The notes beneath the pieces are model-generated. The model searched no databases, was not told where the DNA came from, and saw nothing but the letters and a program-made list of their open reading frames with translations. Positions 1 to 10,557 of a stretch of DNA of 64,000 nt are shown here, piece by piece; position 1 is the first letter of the stretch; every line of letters starts with the position of its first letter. A program made the translations under genes and the position numbers. Source of the stretch: Candidatus Eiseniibacteriota bacterium (GTDB lineage: Bacteria > Eisenbacteria > RBG-16-71-46); the NCBI GenBank assembly GCA_963725865.1, contig CAVSAC010000012.1, positions 32,001-96,000 on the forward strand, written 5' to 3'.

Positions 1-431
1 TCTACGGGCTGCTCGAGCGGCAGTTCCGCCACTTCTTCTCCAAGGCCTCGACGTCGAAGGGCGTCACGGGCGAAGCGCTGCTGCAGATGCTCGAGTGCCG
101 CCTCGACAACGTCGTCTTCCGGCTTGGGTTCGCCCCGAGCCGCGCCATGGCGCGCCAGCTCGTGCGCCACGGGCACGTCCAGGTCAACGGCCGCAAGGTC
201 GATATCCCCTCGTTCCAGGTCAAGGCCGGGAACGAAGTCAGCCTCCGCGACAAGAGCAAGAAGCTCGCGGCGGTCGTGAACGCACTCGAATCCCGCAAGG
301 GTCAGAGCACCCCCGAGTGGCTGGACATGAGCGTCGAGAAGATGACCGGCCGCGTGCTGAGCATCCCCACGCGCCAGTCCATCTCGGTCCCGATCAACGA
401 ACAGCTCATCGTCGAGCTCTACTCGAAGTGA
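1..431 (+). CDS. rpsD: 30S ribosomal protein S4 (5'-truncated by window edge)
   Basis: Frame from nt 3 reads [10 protein letters not shown]...[15 protein letters not shown]...ARQLVRHGH...[11 protein letters not shown]; lies directly upstream of rpoA. Confidence 0.98.
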   Translation, partial: YGLLERQFRHFFSKASTSKGVTGEALLQMLECRLDNVVFRLGFAPSRAMARQLVRHGHVQVNGRKVDIPSFQVKAGNEVSLRDKSKKLAAVVNALESRKGQSTPEWLDMSVEKMTGRVLSIPTRQSISVPINEQLIVELYSK

Positions 432-465
432 TGACTGATCGCCTTCTCCTGAGGGGGCTTTCCTC

Positions 466-1461
466 ATGAAGTGGAAGAACGTCACCATGCCGAAGCAGGT
501 CGAGGCCGATGCGGCCAACACGGACCGGTACGGAAAGTTCGAGCTGGCGCCACTCGAGCGTGGATTCGGGATCACGCTCGGCAATGCGCTGCGCCGGGTC
601 CTGCTCTCGTCGCTGCAGGGCGCTGCCATCACCGCGGTGCGCATCGACGGCGTGCTGCACGAGTTCTCGACGCTCCCCGGCGTGATCGAGGACGTCACCG
701 AGCTGATCCTCAACCTCAAGCAGGTGCGCCTGAAGCTGCACGGCGACGGCCCGAAGAAGGGCGTCTTCGAGCTGCGCGGCAAGGGCGAGCTCAAGGCGGG
801 CGACCTGCAGGTCGACGCCGAGATCGAGGTGCTGAACCCCGATCTGCACGTGGCGAGCCTGAACCGCGACGGCGACCTCCGCATGGAAGTCGAGATCGGC
901 GGCGGCCGCGGCTACGTCTCGGCCGACTCGCACGGCGCCACGGACCGTCCGATCGGGGTGATCCCGATCGACTCGCTGTTCTCGCCCGTGACGCGGGTGA
1001 ACTACGAGGTCGAGGCCGCACGCCTCGGCCAGCGCATCGACTACGACAAGCTCACCCTCGAGGTCTGGACCGACGGCAGCATCCTGCCGCAGGACGCGGT
1101 GTCGCTGGCCGCGCAGATCCTCAAGGAGCACTTCGAGCTGTTCATCAGTAGCGATGCCCACTTCGTGTTCGAGGAGGAGATCCCGGAGGACGAGGAGATC
1201 CTGCGCGTGCGGCGACTGCTCGACAAGAGCGTCGAGGAGCTCGAGCTTTCCGTGCGCTCCAGCAATTGTCTCCGCGCGGCCGAGATCAAGACCATCGGCG
1301 ACCTCGTCCAGAAGACCGAAGGGGAGATGCTCAAGTTCCGCAACTTTGGCCGGAAGTCGCTCAAGGAGATCCAGGACATCCTGGGTGAGATGGGCCTGAG
1401 CTTCGGCATGGACATCAGCCGCTACCTCGAATCCCGCGCCACGGTCGACGTCGAGGGCTGA
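466..1461 (+). CDS. rpoA: DNA-directed RNA polymerase subunit alpha
   Basis: PLERGFGITLGNALRRVLLSS, GVLHEFST, and alpha-CTD motif LELSVRSSNCL...NFGRKSL. Confidence 0.99.
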   Translation: MKWKNVTMPKQVEADAANTDRYGKFELAPLERGFGITLGNALRRVLLSSLQGAAITAVRIDGVLHEFSTLPGVIEDVTELILNLKQVRLKLHGDGPKKGVFELRGKGELKAGDLQVDAEIEVLNPDLHVASLNRDGDLRMEVEIGGGRGYVSADSHGATDRPIGVIPIDSLFSPVTRVNYEVEAARLGQRIDYDKLTLEVWTDGSILPQDAVSLAAQILKEHFELFISSDAHFVFEEEIPEDEEILRVRRLLDKSVEELELSVRSSNCLRAAEIKTIGDLVQKTEGEMLKFRNFGRKSLKEIQDILGEMGLSFGMDISRYLESRATVDVEG

Positions 1462-1499
1462 GCGCCCGAGCCCGAACCGGCCGAGAAGGACGACCGCAC

Positions 1500-2075
1500 A
1501 TGCGACACCGCAAAGATCATCGGAAGCTGAGCCGGACGTCTTCGCACCGGCGCGCCGTGCTCCGCAACCTGGTCACCGCGCTCTTCCAGTACGAGCGCAT
1601 CGAGACCACGGTCGCGAAGGCCAAGGAGGCGCGCCGGCTCGCCGAGCGCCTCATCACGTTCGGCAAGCAGGGCGACCTCGCCGCGCGCCGGCACGTGGCG
1701 CGCTTCCTCACGAAGCCCGAGATCGTTCAGAAGCTGTTCGCCACCATCGCGCCCTGGTACACCGATCGGAAGGGCGGCTACACGCGCATCCTCCGCATCG
1801 GCCGTCGCCTGGGGGACGCGGGCGAGATCGCGTATCTCGAGCTCGTGAAGAGCGGCGAGCAGAAGGAGAAGGAGCGCAAGGACCGCATCGCGGCCGCCGA
1901 GGCGAGAGAAGCGTCGCTGAAGGGCGGCAAGGCGACCAAGAAGAAGGAAGGCAAGGAAGAGGAGAAGGCTGACGCCGAGGCCTCCGACAAGCCCCGCCGC
2001 GCGAAGAAGAAGGACGAGAAGGACAGCGAGGTCGCGACCCCGGCGCGTCGCCGTGGACGGGTGAAGACCGGCTAG
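1500..2075 (+). CDS. rplQ: 50S ribosomal protein L17 with Lys/Glu-rich C-terminal extension
   Basis: MRHRK..RKLSRTSSHRRA, ERIETTVAKAKE, GGYTRILR; conserved position after rpoA. Confidence 0.98.
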   Translation: MRHRKDHRKLSRTSSHRRAVLRNLVTALFQYERIETTVAKAKEARRLAERLITFGKQGDLAARRHVARFLTKPEIVQKLFATIAPWYTDRKGGYTRILRIGRRLGDAGEIAYLELVKSGEQKEKERKDRIAAAEAREASLKGGKATKKKEGKEEEKADAEASDKPRRAKKKDEKDSEVATPARRRGRVKTG

Positions 2076-2098
2076 CACGCCGATCGCGAACGCAGCAT

Positions 2099-2132
2099 CG
2101 CGCGGGCGGAGGGGCGACCTTCCGCCCGCGCG
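2099..2132 (+). terminator. GC-rich hairpin after rplQ (possible terminator or processing stem, no U-tract)
   Basis: cgcgcgggcggagg pairs with ccttccgcccgcgcg. Confidence 0.45.
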
Positions 2133-2158
2133 CGTATCCATGGGGAGGACCCTGCTCG

Positions 2159-3412
2159 ATGATCCGATGGGCGACCCGGCTGCTCGGCACGCTGTCGCTG
2201 CTCGCCGTGCTCACGCTCGAGGCCCGCGCGCAGGTCCCGACCGCCGATTCCGCGGCGGCCGCCGCCGACAGCCTGGGGGCGCGGGCCGCGACCACGGCCC
2301 CCGACTCCGGTCTCCGGCGCTCTCCGGTGGACGACCTGTGGGTGGTGCGCACCGCGCTCACGCGGCCCGCCGACGTCGAGAGCGTGGTCGCGCGCGCGAA
2401 GGCCCTGGGCGTGCGCGGCCTGCTGGTCCAGGTGGTCGGGCGTGGCGACGCATACTACCGCTCGGACCTGTTGCCCCGGGCGGAGGCGCTCGGCAATCAC
2501 GCGGCGCCGTCCGACTTCGATCCCCTCGGCGCCCTGCTGCAGCGGGCCCACGCCGCTGGCCTCGAGGTGCACGCCTGGATGAACTGCGTGCTGGTGTGGT
2601 CGGCGCCGCAGCCTCCGCGCGATCCGCGTCACGTGATCCGCGCGCACCCGGAATGGGTCGCGCGGATGCGCGATGGACGCAGCCTCGCGCGGCTGACGCC
2701 GCGCCAGCGCGAACGCCTGCGCCTCGAGGGGGTGTTCCTCAGCCCGGGCCACCCGGGCGTTCAGGCGTGGGTCGCGAGCATCGCCAAGGAGATCGCCAGC
2801 CGCTACCCGGTGGATGGCGTGCACCTGGACTACATCCGGCAGCCGGGCGTGCCGGTCGGCTACGACATGACCACGCGCGCCCGCTTCGCGATGGAAACCG
2901 GGGTCGACCCGGACCGCTTCGACCGCCTGCCCCCCCAGCGGCGGGCCACCATGGACTCCACGTGGACGGCGTTCCAGCTCGCGCAGGTCACGGCGATCGT
3001 GCGCGGGGTGCGCGACTCACTGGCCACCGTGCGCCCCGGCATCACGCTCACCGCCGCCGTGCTGGCCGACACCACCACCGCCGAGCACCGGCACGCGCAG
3101 CTCTGGCGCGCGTGGGTGCGGGACGGCTTGCTCGACCGTGCCTACCTGATGTGCTATGCACCGCTGGTACAGACGGTCATGGACCAGTTGCTCGAGTACA
3201 CGCGCGAGTTCGGACTCTCGGAGCGCATCGTCCCGGGGATCGCGGTGTACAACACCGGGCCCTCCGCCGCCGCCGCGAAGATCCTCGGCGCGCGCACGCT
3301 GGGATTCCCGCGGCTCGCTCTCTACTCGTACGACTCACTCTTCGAGCACCCCGGCTACTGGCCGGCGCTGCTGCACGCACTCGGGCGGTTGCCGTCTGAG
3401 GACCACCCTTGA
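2159..3412 (+). CDS. Secreted glycoside hydrolase-like family 10 (GHL10/DUF187, YddW/DigH-like)
   Basis: Signal peptide; [46 protein letters not shown] motifs. Confidence 0.85.
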   Translation: MIRWATRLLGTLSLLAVLTLEARAQVPTADSAAAAADSLGARAATTAPDSGLRRSPVDDLWVVRTALTRPADVESVVARAKALGVRGLLVQVVGRGDAYYRSDLLPRAEALGNHAAPSDFDPLGALLQRAHAAGLEVHAWMNCVLVWSAPQPPRDPRHVIRAHPEWVARMRDGRSLARLTPRQRERLRLEGVFLSPGHPGVQAWVASIAKEIASRYPVDGVHLDYIRQPGVPVGYDMTTRARFAMETGVDPDRFDRLPPQRRATMDSTWTAFQLAQVTAIVRGVRDSLATVRPGITLTAAVLADTTTAEHRHAQLWRAWVRDGLLDRAYLMCYAPLVQTVMDQLLEYTREFGLSERIVPGIAVYNTGPSAAAAKILGARTLGFPRLALYSYDSLFEHPGYWPALLHALGRLPSEDHP

Positions 3413-5295
3413 AGGAGGACGTGTTGAAACCGACCGCAAGCACTCCGGGCACCCCCGCGGCCGGAGCCGTCCGCACGGACCTCCGGAACATCGCGATTAT
3501 CGCCCACGTCGACCATGGCAAGACCACGCTGGTCGACGCGATGCTCTGGCAGAGCGGGGTGTTCCGCGCCAATCAGGAGGTCGTGGAGCGTGTCATGGAC
3601 TCCAACGACCTCGAGCGCGAGAAGGGCATCACGATCCTCGCGAAGAACACCGCCGTCCGGTACGGCAGCCACAAGATCAACATCGTCGACACCCCCGGCC
3701 ACGCGGACTTCGGTGGCGAGGTGGAGCGCACGCTCAAGATGGTGGACGGCGTGCTGCTGCTGGTGGACGCGAGCGAGGGCCCGCTGCCGCAGACGCGGTT
3801 CGTACTCAAGAAGGCGCTCGAGCTGGGGCTGCCGCCGATCGTCGTCATCAACAAGATCGATCGCAAGGACGCGCGGCCGGCCGAAGTGCTGGACGAGATC
3901 TACGACCTGTTCATCGATCTCGACGCGCACGAGGACCAGTTGGATTTCCCCGTGCTGTATACCATCGCGCGCGACGGGATCTGCCGCCTCACGCCCGACG
4001 GCGAGGATCACAAGCTCGTACCGCTGTTCGAGGCCATCCTCGAGCACATCCCGGCGCCGCGCTTCGAGCCCGAGCTGCCGCTCCAGATGCTGGTCCTCAA
4101 CCTCGACTACTCGGACTACGTCGGCCGTCTCGCGATCGGGCGCATCGTGAACGGCACGGTGGCCGCGCGTCAGGACGTGGCCCTCGTGCGCCTCGACGGC
4201 AGCCTCGGCAAGGCGCGCGTGACCAACCTGTACGTGTTCGAGAACCTCGACCGCGTCGAGGTGGCGCAGGCGGGCCCGGGCGAGATCGTGGCACTCGCGG
4301 GATTCGAAGAGGTGCACATCGGCGACACCGTCACCGAGGTCGACCGGCCGGCGCCGCTGCCGCGCGTGGTGGTGGACGAACCGACCGTGAGCATGGTGTT
4401 CTCGGTCAACACCTCGCCGTTCGCCGGTCAGGAGGGCAAGTACGTCACCTCCCGCAATCTCAAGGACCGGCTCGATCGCGAGCTGCTCACGAACGTGAGC
4501 ATCCGCATCGAGCCCGGGGACACCCCGGACGCGTTCCAGGTCTCGGGGCGCGGCGAACTGCAGATGGCGATTCTGATCGAGATGATGCGCCGCGAGGGCT
4601 TCGAGCTTGCGGTGAGCAAGCCGGAGGTCATCACGCGCCGCACCGACGGCGTGGTGCACGAGCCGATGGAGAAGCTGGTGATCGACTGCCCGGAGGAGTT
4701 CGTGGGCATCGTCACCGAGAAGATCGGGCGCAGGAAGGGGCGCATGACCAACATGGTCAACCACGGGACGGGGCGGGTGCGGCTCGAGTTCCGCATCCCC
4801 TCGCGCGGCCTGATCGGGTTCCGGGGCCAGTTCCTCACCGACACGCGTGGGACCGGCCTGCTCAATCACCTGTTCGACGGCTACGAGCCCTGGCAGGGTG
4901 ACATCCCGCATCGGACGACCGGGGCGCTGGTCGCGGACCGGCCCGGACGCATCACCGCGTACGCGATCGAACACGTGCAGGACCGCGGCGAGATGTTCGT
5001 GGAGCCCGGCGACCGCTGCTACGAGGGCATGGTCGTCGGCGAGAACTCCCGCGAAGAGGACATCGACGTCAACATCGTCAAGGAGAAGAAGCTGACCAAC
5101 ATGCGCTCCTCGACGTCGGAGGAGAGCGTGCACCTGCTCCCGGCGCACAAGATGTCGCTCGAGCAGTGCCTCGAGTGGATCCGCGAGGACGAGCTGCTGG
5201 AGGTGACCCCGGCTTCGCTGCGCCTGCGCAAGCGAGGGCTCCAGGCGAACGTCCGCCCGAGGTACTGGCAGCGTAACGACGCCGCGCGCGCCTGA
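3409..5295 (+). CDS. typA: Translational GTPase TypA/BipA
   Basis: [53 protein letters not shown]; start is TTG 3409 or GTG 3421. Confidence 0.97.
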   Translation: MKEDVLKPTASTPGTPAAGAVRTDLRNIAIIAHVDHGKTTLVDAMLWQSGVFRANQEVVERVMDSNDLEREKGITILAKNTAVRYGSHKINIVDTPGHADFGGEVERTLKMVDGVLLLVDASEGPLPQTRFVLKKALELGLPPIVVINKIDRKDARPAEVLDEIYDLFIDLDAHEDQLDFPVLYTIARDGICRLTPDGEDHKLVPLFEAILEHIPAPRFEPELPLQMLVLNLDYSDYVGRLAIGRIVNGTVAARQDVALVRLDGSLGKARVTNLYVFENLDRVEVAQAGPGEIVALAGFEEVHIGDTVTEVDRPAPLPRVVVDEPTVSMVFSVNTSPFAGQEGKYVTSRNLKDRLDRELLTNVSIRIEPGDTPDAFQVSGRGELQMAILIEMMRREGFELAVSKPEVITRRTDGVVHEPMEKLVIDCPEEFVGIVTEKIGRRKGRMTNMVNHGTGRVRLEFRIPSRGLIGFRGQFLTDTRGTGLLNHLFDGYEPWQGDIPHRTTGALVADRPGRITAYAIEHVQDRGEMFVEPGDRCYEGMVVGENSREEDIDVNIVKEKKLTNMRSSTSEESVHLLPAHKMSLEQCLEWIREDELLEVTPASLRLRKRGLQANVRPRYWQRNDAARA

Positions 5296-5431
5296 GCGCG
5301 CGGGCGTCCGGCCGGCGCCGCAATCCGCTTGCCTGGCGGAGCGGGGGGCATCGAGCGGGTGCGGACCCCGCCGCCAGGCCGGTCGAGCGGCATCCGGCTC
5401 CCCAGATTCTGGGCCTGACGGTGGTTCGTCA

Positions 5432-5461
5432 TTGACGCGCGCGGGAGCGGCTCCCTACCCT
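5432..5461 (+). promoter_or_regulatory. Possible sigma70-type promoter TTGACG-N18-TACCCT
   Basis: Motif about 100 nt upstream of the large secreted-protein gene; spacing matches the candidate tRNA promoter. Confidence 0.35.
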
Positions 5462-5563
5462 TATGGAGGGTCGCGCCGCCTGCCCGGCGTGGCCGACGCC
5501 CAGTTGCAGGCATGCCTTCGCGCCGCGCGCATGCCGGTCTCCAACTCCCCTCGGAGGTCTCCG

Positions 5564-8500
5564 GTGAGCGGTCATCGCCTCATGACCGCGATCGGCAGCG
5601 CTATCCTCATCGCGCTCCACAGTTCGATCGCGCTCGCAGCCCCGTCCGTGCCTTCCCTGTTCGTGGTGGATGACGTCACGCCCGGCGCCGTCTGGGATAC
5701 CCCGGTCGGTATCACGTTCCTCCCCGGCGGCCGCATGCTGGTCGCTGAGAAGCGCGGCCGCGTGTACACGGTGACGAACGGGGTCCGCAGCGTGAGTCCG
5801 CTCTGGCAGGCCGAGGCGCAGGTGCTCGACAACGGGGACCGCGGACTGCTCGGCATCGCCGTCGACCCGGCCTACGGGACTCCCGGCAACCGGTGGCTCT
5901 ACCTGCTCTACACGGTGGACCCCGACTCGAACAACGTCGACACCGACAGTGATGCCTATGGCCGGCTGATCCGGATCCAGGTGCTGCCGGGCGATTCGAC
6001 CGTGGACTACAACTCGCGCCAGGTCCTGTTCGGCGCCGACTGGCCGCGCGGGCCGGTCTCTGGCGGCGACTCGCACACCATCGGCTCGCTGCGGTTCGCG
6101 GCCGACAGCACGCTCATCGTCTCGGTCGGCGACGGCGCGCAGTACAACTCGATGGATCAGGGCGGTCAGGATCCCGGTGCGTTCGGCGCCGGCAAGACCG
6201 ACCCGAACGAAAACATCGGCGCGTTCCGCGCGCAGGACATCACGAGCCTCGCGGGCAAGATCCTGCGCCTCGATCGCACGACCGGTCGAGGGCTGCCGAG
6301 CAATCCGTACTGGGATGGCAACGCCAACTCGGTGCGCTCGCGCGTGTGGGCGTACGGCACGCGCAATCCGTTCCGCTTCAGCCTGCGCCCCGGAACCGGC
6401 AGCACCGATGCAGCGCTCGGCCGGCCCGGGACGCTCTACATCGGAGACGTCGGCTGGACCACGTGGGAGGAGCTGGACATCGCGCGCAACGGCGGCATCA
6501 ACTTCGGCTGGCCGTGCTTCGAGGGCTTCGGCGCGAACGGGCAGTACCAGGCGGGCAGCCCCGCGCACAATGGGTGCGGATCGATCGGCACCGCGACCAA
6601 TCCCACGTCGCCCTCCTCGCCGATCGCCGCCTGGCACCACACGGACGACGCCCAGTCGGTGCCTCCCGGCTTCCACGGCAACACCTCGATCGGCGGGACG
6701 TTCTACACCTCCAATCGCTACCCGGTGCAGTACCGCGGGCAGTACTTCTTCGGCGACTTCGGCCAGAGCTGGATCCGGGTCGCGGTGGTGGACGCCAACG
6801 ACAACCTGATCCAGGTGCTGCCGTTCGGCACCAGCATGGACGGCCCGGTGGACTTCGCGCTCGATCCGGCGACCGGAGACCTGATCTACGTCGCCATCAA
6901 CGTCGGTGGGATCCGGCGCATCCGCTACACCGGCGCGACCGGCGGCAACACGCCGCCGATCGCGATCGCCGCCGCCAATCCAAACTCGGGCGCGGCGCCG
7001 CTGACGGTCAACTTCTCGAGCAGCGGCTCGAGCGATGCGGACGGCGATCCGCTGGCGTTCAGCTGGTTGTTCGGTGACGGCGGCAGCTCGAGTGCCGCGA
7101 ACCCGACGCACGTCTACGCCAGCCCGGGGAACTTTCCGGCGCAGCTGACGGTCAGCGACGGCCGCGGCGGCTCGGACGTGCGCACGCTCAGCATCGTCGT
7201 GGGCAGCGGGAGCGGCGCGTTTCCCACCACGCCGGTGGTGGACAACTTCAACCGCGCGAACGGGGCGCTCGGCGGCCAGTGGGTGGGACAGACCACCGGG
7301 CTGACGATCAGCAACAACCAGCTGACGTCCTCGAGCGGTGCGGCGGTGAGCGCGGTGTGGAACGGGGCGGTGTTCGGGGCGGACCAGGAGGTGTACGTCA
7401 CGTTCAACGCGATCAACGCGGCGGCGCCGGAGCACGACCTGATGCTGAAGGTGCAGGGGACGTCGTACACGGGCGGGCACATCGAGGTGCGGTACACGGC
7501 GGCGGCGGGGCAGGTGCAGGTGTCGACGTACACCGGGGCGACGGGGTGGGTGAACCGCGGGGGACCGATCGCGGTGACGTTCGGAGTGGGGGACCGGTTC
7601 GGCGCGCGGGCGCTGGCGAACGGGACGATCGAGGTGTATCGCAACGGAGCGCAGATCGGGAGCACGAGCGCGGGGACGTGGCCGTTCGCGGCGAGCGGTG
7701 GACGGCTGGGGCTGACGGTGGACGGGATCACCGGCTCGCTGCTCGACGACTTCGGCGGCGGCAATGTGGTGGCGAACGCGAACACCAAGCCGACGGCCAT
7801 CCTCATCGCGCCCACCAACGGCTCGTTCTACATCAGCGGCCAGACCATCAGCCTGGTCGGCGACGGCAGCGACGCGCAGACGCCGAGCGACAGCCTGACC
7901 TACCAGTGGGTGATGGACCTGCACCACAACACCCACGTCCATCCTGCGGCGTTCACCGGCTTCGGCAAGATCCAGTCGTACCTCGGCGACAACCACGACG
8001 ACGGCACCGGGGTGTTCGAGGAGATCAAGCTGATCGTCGCCGACCCGGGCGGGCTGACCGACACGGCGCGCGTGAGCATCTACCCCGAGGTCGACCTGAC
8101 GCCTTCGATCGCGACGGTCGCGCCCGCCACGCCGACCGGCGGGCAGCCGGCCACGTACACGTTCCGCCTGCGCAACCTCGGCCGCATGCCGGCGCCGTTC
8201 TCGCGCTGGGTGCTGCGCGCGGGCGGCACACTGGTCGCGCAGGGCGACACGCTGGTGCCGGCGCGCGACAGCGTGACGATCACGCGCACCGCCTCGCTCG
8301 CCGCGGGCACGTTCAACTTGCGCGCGCGCGCCGACTCGCTCGGCACCGTGACCGAGACCGACGAAGGCAACGACGCCAGCAACGTGACGCTGACCGTGAA
8401 TCCGGTGGCGGGGAACACGCCGCCGGTGGCGAACGCGGGGGGTGCGCCGGTGAGCGGGACGGCGCCGCTGGCGGTGACGTTCTCGAGCGCCGGCTCGAGC

Positions 8501-10423
8501 GATCCCGACGGCGACCCGATCACGTTCGCGTGGGCGTTCGGCGACGGCGGCACGTCGAGCGCGGCGGGCCCGGCGCACACCTACGTCGCGGCGGGCAGCT
8601 ACAACGCGGTGCTGACGGTGAGCGACAACCGGGGCGGCAGCGGCCGCGACACGGTGGTGGTGACGGTGACGGGGGCGGCGAGCGGGTTTCCGAGCACCGC
8701 GGTGGTGGACAACTTCAACCGCGCGAACGGGGCGCTCGGCGGCCAGTGGGTGGGACAGACCACCGGGCTGACGATCAGCAACAACCAGCTGACGTCCTCG
8801 AGCGGTGCGGCGGTGAGCGCGGTGTGGAACGGGGCGGTGTTCGGGGCGGACCAGGAGGTGTACGTCACGTTCAACGCGATCAACGCGGCGGCGCCGGAGC
8901 ACGACCTGATGCTGAAGGTGCAGGGGACGTCGTACACGGGCGGGCACATCGAGGTGCGGTACACGGCGGCGGCGGGGCAGGTGCAGGTGTCGACGTACAC
9001 CGGGGCGACGGGGTGGGTGAACCGCGGGGGACCGATCGCGGTGACGTTCGGAGTGGGGGACCGGTTCGGCGCGCGGGCGCTGGCGAACGGGACGATCGAG
9101 GTGTATCGCAACGGAGCGCAGATCGGGAGCACGAGCGCGGGGACGTGGCCGTTCGCGGCGAGCGGTGGACGGCTGGGGCTGACGGTGGACGGGATCACCG
9201 GCTCGCTGCTCGACGACTTCGGCGGCGGCGACGTGGTCGGCGGACCGCCGCCCGGGAACACGCCGCCGGTGGCGAACGCGGGGGGTGCGCCGGTGAGCGG
9301 GACGGCGCCGCTGGCGGTGACGTTCTCGAGCGCCGGCTCGAGCGATCCCGACGGCGACCCGATCACGTTCGCGTGGGCGTTCGGCGACGGCGGCACGTCG
9401 AGCGCGGCGGGCCCGGCGCACACCTACGTCGCGGCGGGCAGCTACAACGCGGTGCTGACGGTGAGCGACAACCGGGGCGGCAGCGGCCGCGACACGGTGG
9501 TGGTGACGGTGACGGGGGCGGCGAGCGGGTTTCCGAGCACCGCGGTGGTGGACAACTTCAACCGCGCGAACGGGGCGCTCGGCGGCCAGTGGGTGGGACA
9601 GACCACCGGGCTGACGATCAGCAACAACCAGCTGACGTCCTCGAGCGGTGCGGCGGTGAGCGCGGTGTGGAACGGGGCGGTGTTCGGGGCGGACCAGGAG
9701 GTGTACGTCACGTTCAACGCGATCAACGCGGCGGCGCCGGAGCACGACCTGATGCTGAAGGTGCAGGGGACGTCGTACACGGGCGGGCACATCGAGGTGC
9801 GGTACACGGCGGCGGCGGGGCAGGTGCAGGTGTCGACGTACACCGGGGCGACGGGGTGGGTGAACCGCGGGGGACCGATCGCGGTGACGTTCGGAGTGGG
9901 GGACCGGTTCGGCGCGCGGGCGCTGGCGAACGGGACGATCGAGGTGTATCGCAACGGAGCGCAGATCGGGAGCACGAGCGCGGGGACGTGGCCGTTCGCG
10001 GCGAGCGGTGGACGGCTGGGGCTGACGGTGGACGGGATCACCGGCTCGCTGCTCGACGACTTCGGCGGCGGCGACGTGGTGCCGGCAGTGGCGTCCCTCG
10101 GCGCCCAGCGCAGCGTCGACGAAGCAGTCGCGGCGCCGAGTCTGCCCGGCGCGCTCGCGCTATCGACACCGTGGCCCAATCCCGCCTCGAGCGGCGTGAC
10201 GCTGGCGTTGGACCTACCCGACGACGCGGACGTGCGCCTCAGCGTGCTGGACGTACAGGGCCGCCGGGTGATGGTCGGCCCGCTCGAGCACCGCCCGGCG
10301 GGGCGCTGGACGCTGGCCTGGAACGGTGCTTCGGCCGCGGGCCCGGTGCGACCCGGGATCTACCTGGTGCAGGTGAGCGTCGGCGAGCGCCAGCTGCTTC
10401 GCCGCGTGGTCGTGCTTCCTTAG
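5564..10423 (+). CDS. Large secreted protein: glucose/sorbosone (PQQ-type) dehydrogenase propeller + PKD domains + three identical DNFNR beta-rich domains + CARDB + C-terminal FlgD-Ig/T9SS-like domain
   Basis: GGAGG RBS then GTG 5564; signal peptide; GDRGLLGIAVDP, AYGTRNPFR, GDVGWTTWEE, NFGWPCFEG; PKD motif W.FGDG; CARDB motif ETDEGND; CTD PNP..VLDVQGRRV..GIYLV. Confidence 0.85.
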   Translation: MSGHRLMTAIGSAILIALHSSIALAAPSVPSLFVVDDVTPGAVWDTPVGITFLPGGRMLVAEKRGRVYTVTNGVRSVSPLWQAEAQVLDNGDRGLLGIAVDPAYGTPGNRWLYLLYTVDPDSNNVDTDSDAYGRLIRIQVLPGDSTVDYNSRQVLFGADWPRGPVSGGDSHTIGSLRFAADSTLIVSVGDGAQYNSMDQGGQDPGAFGAGKTDPNENIGAFRAQDITSLAGKILRLDRTTGRGLPSNPYWDGNANSVRSRVWAYGTRNPFRFSLRPGTGSTDAALGRPGTLYIGDVGWTTWEELDIARNGGINFGWPCFEGFGANGQYQAGSPAHNGCGSIGTATNPTSPSSPIAAWHHTDDAQSVPPGFHGNTSIGGTFYTSNRYPVQYRGQYFFGDFGQSWIRVAVVDANDNLIQVLPFGTSMDGPVDFALDPATGDLIYVAINVGGIRRIRYTGATGGNTPPIAIAAANPNSGAAPLTVNFSSSGSSDADGDPLAFSWLFGDGGSSSAANPTHVYASPGNFPAQLTVSDGRGGSDVRTLSIVVGSGSGAFPTTPVVDNFNRANGALGGQWVGQTTGLTISNNQLTSSSGAAVSAVWNGAVFGADQEVYVTFNAINAAAPEHDLMLKVQGTSYTGGHIEVRYTAAAGQVQVSTYTGATGWVNRGGPIAVTFGVGDRFGARALANGTIEVYRNGAQIGSTSAGTWPFAASGGRLGLTVDGITGSLLDDFGGGNVVANANTKPTAILIAPTNGSFYISGQTISLVGDGSDAQTPSDSLTYQWVMDLHHNTHVHPAAFTGFGKIQSYLGDNHDDGTGVFEEIKLIVADPGGLTDTARVSIYPEVDLTPSIATVAPATPTGGQPATYTFRLRNLGRMPAPFSRWVLRAGGTLVAQGDTLVPARDSVTITRTASLAAGTFNLRARADSLGTVTETDEGNDASNVTLTVNPVAGNTPPVANAGGAPVSGTAPLAVTFSSAGSSDPDGDPITFAWAFGDGGTSSAAGPAHTYVAAGSYNAVLTVSDNRGGSGRDTVVVTVTGAASGFPSTAVVDNFNRANGALGGQWVGQTTGLTISNNQLTSSSGAAVSAVWNGAVFGADQEVYVTFNAINAAAPEHDLMLKVQGTSYTGGHIEVRYTAAAGQVQVSTYTGATGWVNRGGPIAVTFGVGDRFGARALANGTIEVYRNGAQIGSTSAGTWPFAASGGRLGLTVDGITGSLLDDFGGGDVVGGPPPGNTPPVANAGGAPVSGTAPLAVTFSSAGSSDPDGDPITFAWAFGDGGTSSAAGPAHTYVAAGSYNAVLTVSDNRGGSGRDTVVVTVTGAASGFPSTAVVDNFNRANGALGGQWVGQTTGLTISNNQLTSSSGAAVSAVWNGAVFGADQEVYVTFNAINAAAPEHDLMLKVQGTSYTGGHIEVRYTAAAGQVQVSTYTGATGWVNRGGPIAVTFGVGDRFGARALANGTIEVYRNGAQIGSTSAGTWPFAASGGRLGLTVDGITGSLLDDFGGGDVVPAVASLGAQRSVDEAVAAPSLPGALALSTPWPNPASSGVTLALDLPDDADVRLSVLDVQGRRVMVGPLEHRPAGRWTLAWNGASAAGPVRPGIYLVQVSVGERQLLRRVVVLP
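7234..7762 (+). repeat. 529-bp repeat, copy 1 (other copies 8701-9229 and 9544-10072)
   Basis: ggtggtggacaacttcaaccgc...gacgacttcggcggcggc appears identical in all three places by visual comparison. Confidence 0.95.
8411..10080 (+). repeat. Tandem duplication with 843-bp period (PKD + DNFNR domain): 8411-9237 and 9254-10080
   Basis: gggaacacgccgccggtggcgaac recurs at 8411 and 9254; translations match in the reported frames. Confidence 0.95.
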
Positions 10424-10557
10424 TTCGTGCCGGGTCGCTCCACGCGGCGGCTCGGAGCAGTTGTGTCGCGCTCATCGGAGGGGGCCCAGGTCGGGCCCCC
10501 GCGCCGCGCGCCGCCGGGAGCCGCTGATTCCGGCTCAAGTCCCACAGCCGCTTGCCG

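Noticed and set aside
5429..10527. Very long alternative-frame ORFs (5429-9790 minus, 7279-10527 plus; similarly 32159-35479 and 41469-43922 minus)
   Set aside because: Arg/Gly/Pro-rich shadow frames expected at this GC content, overlapping well-supported genes
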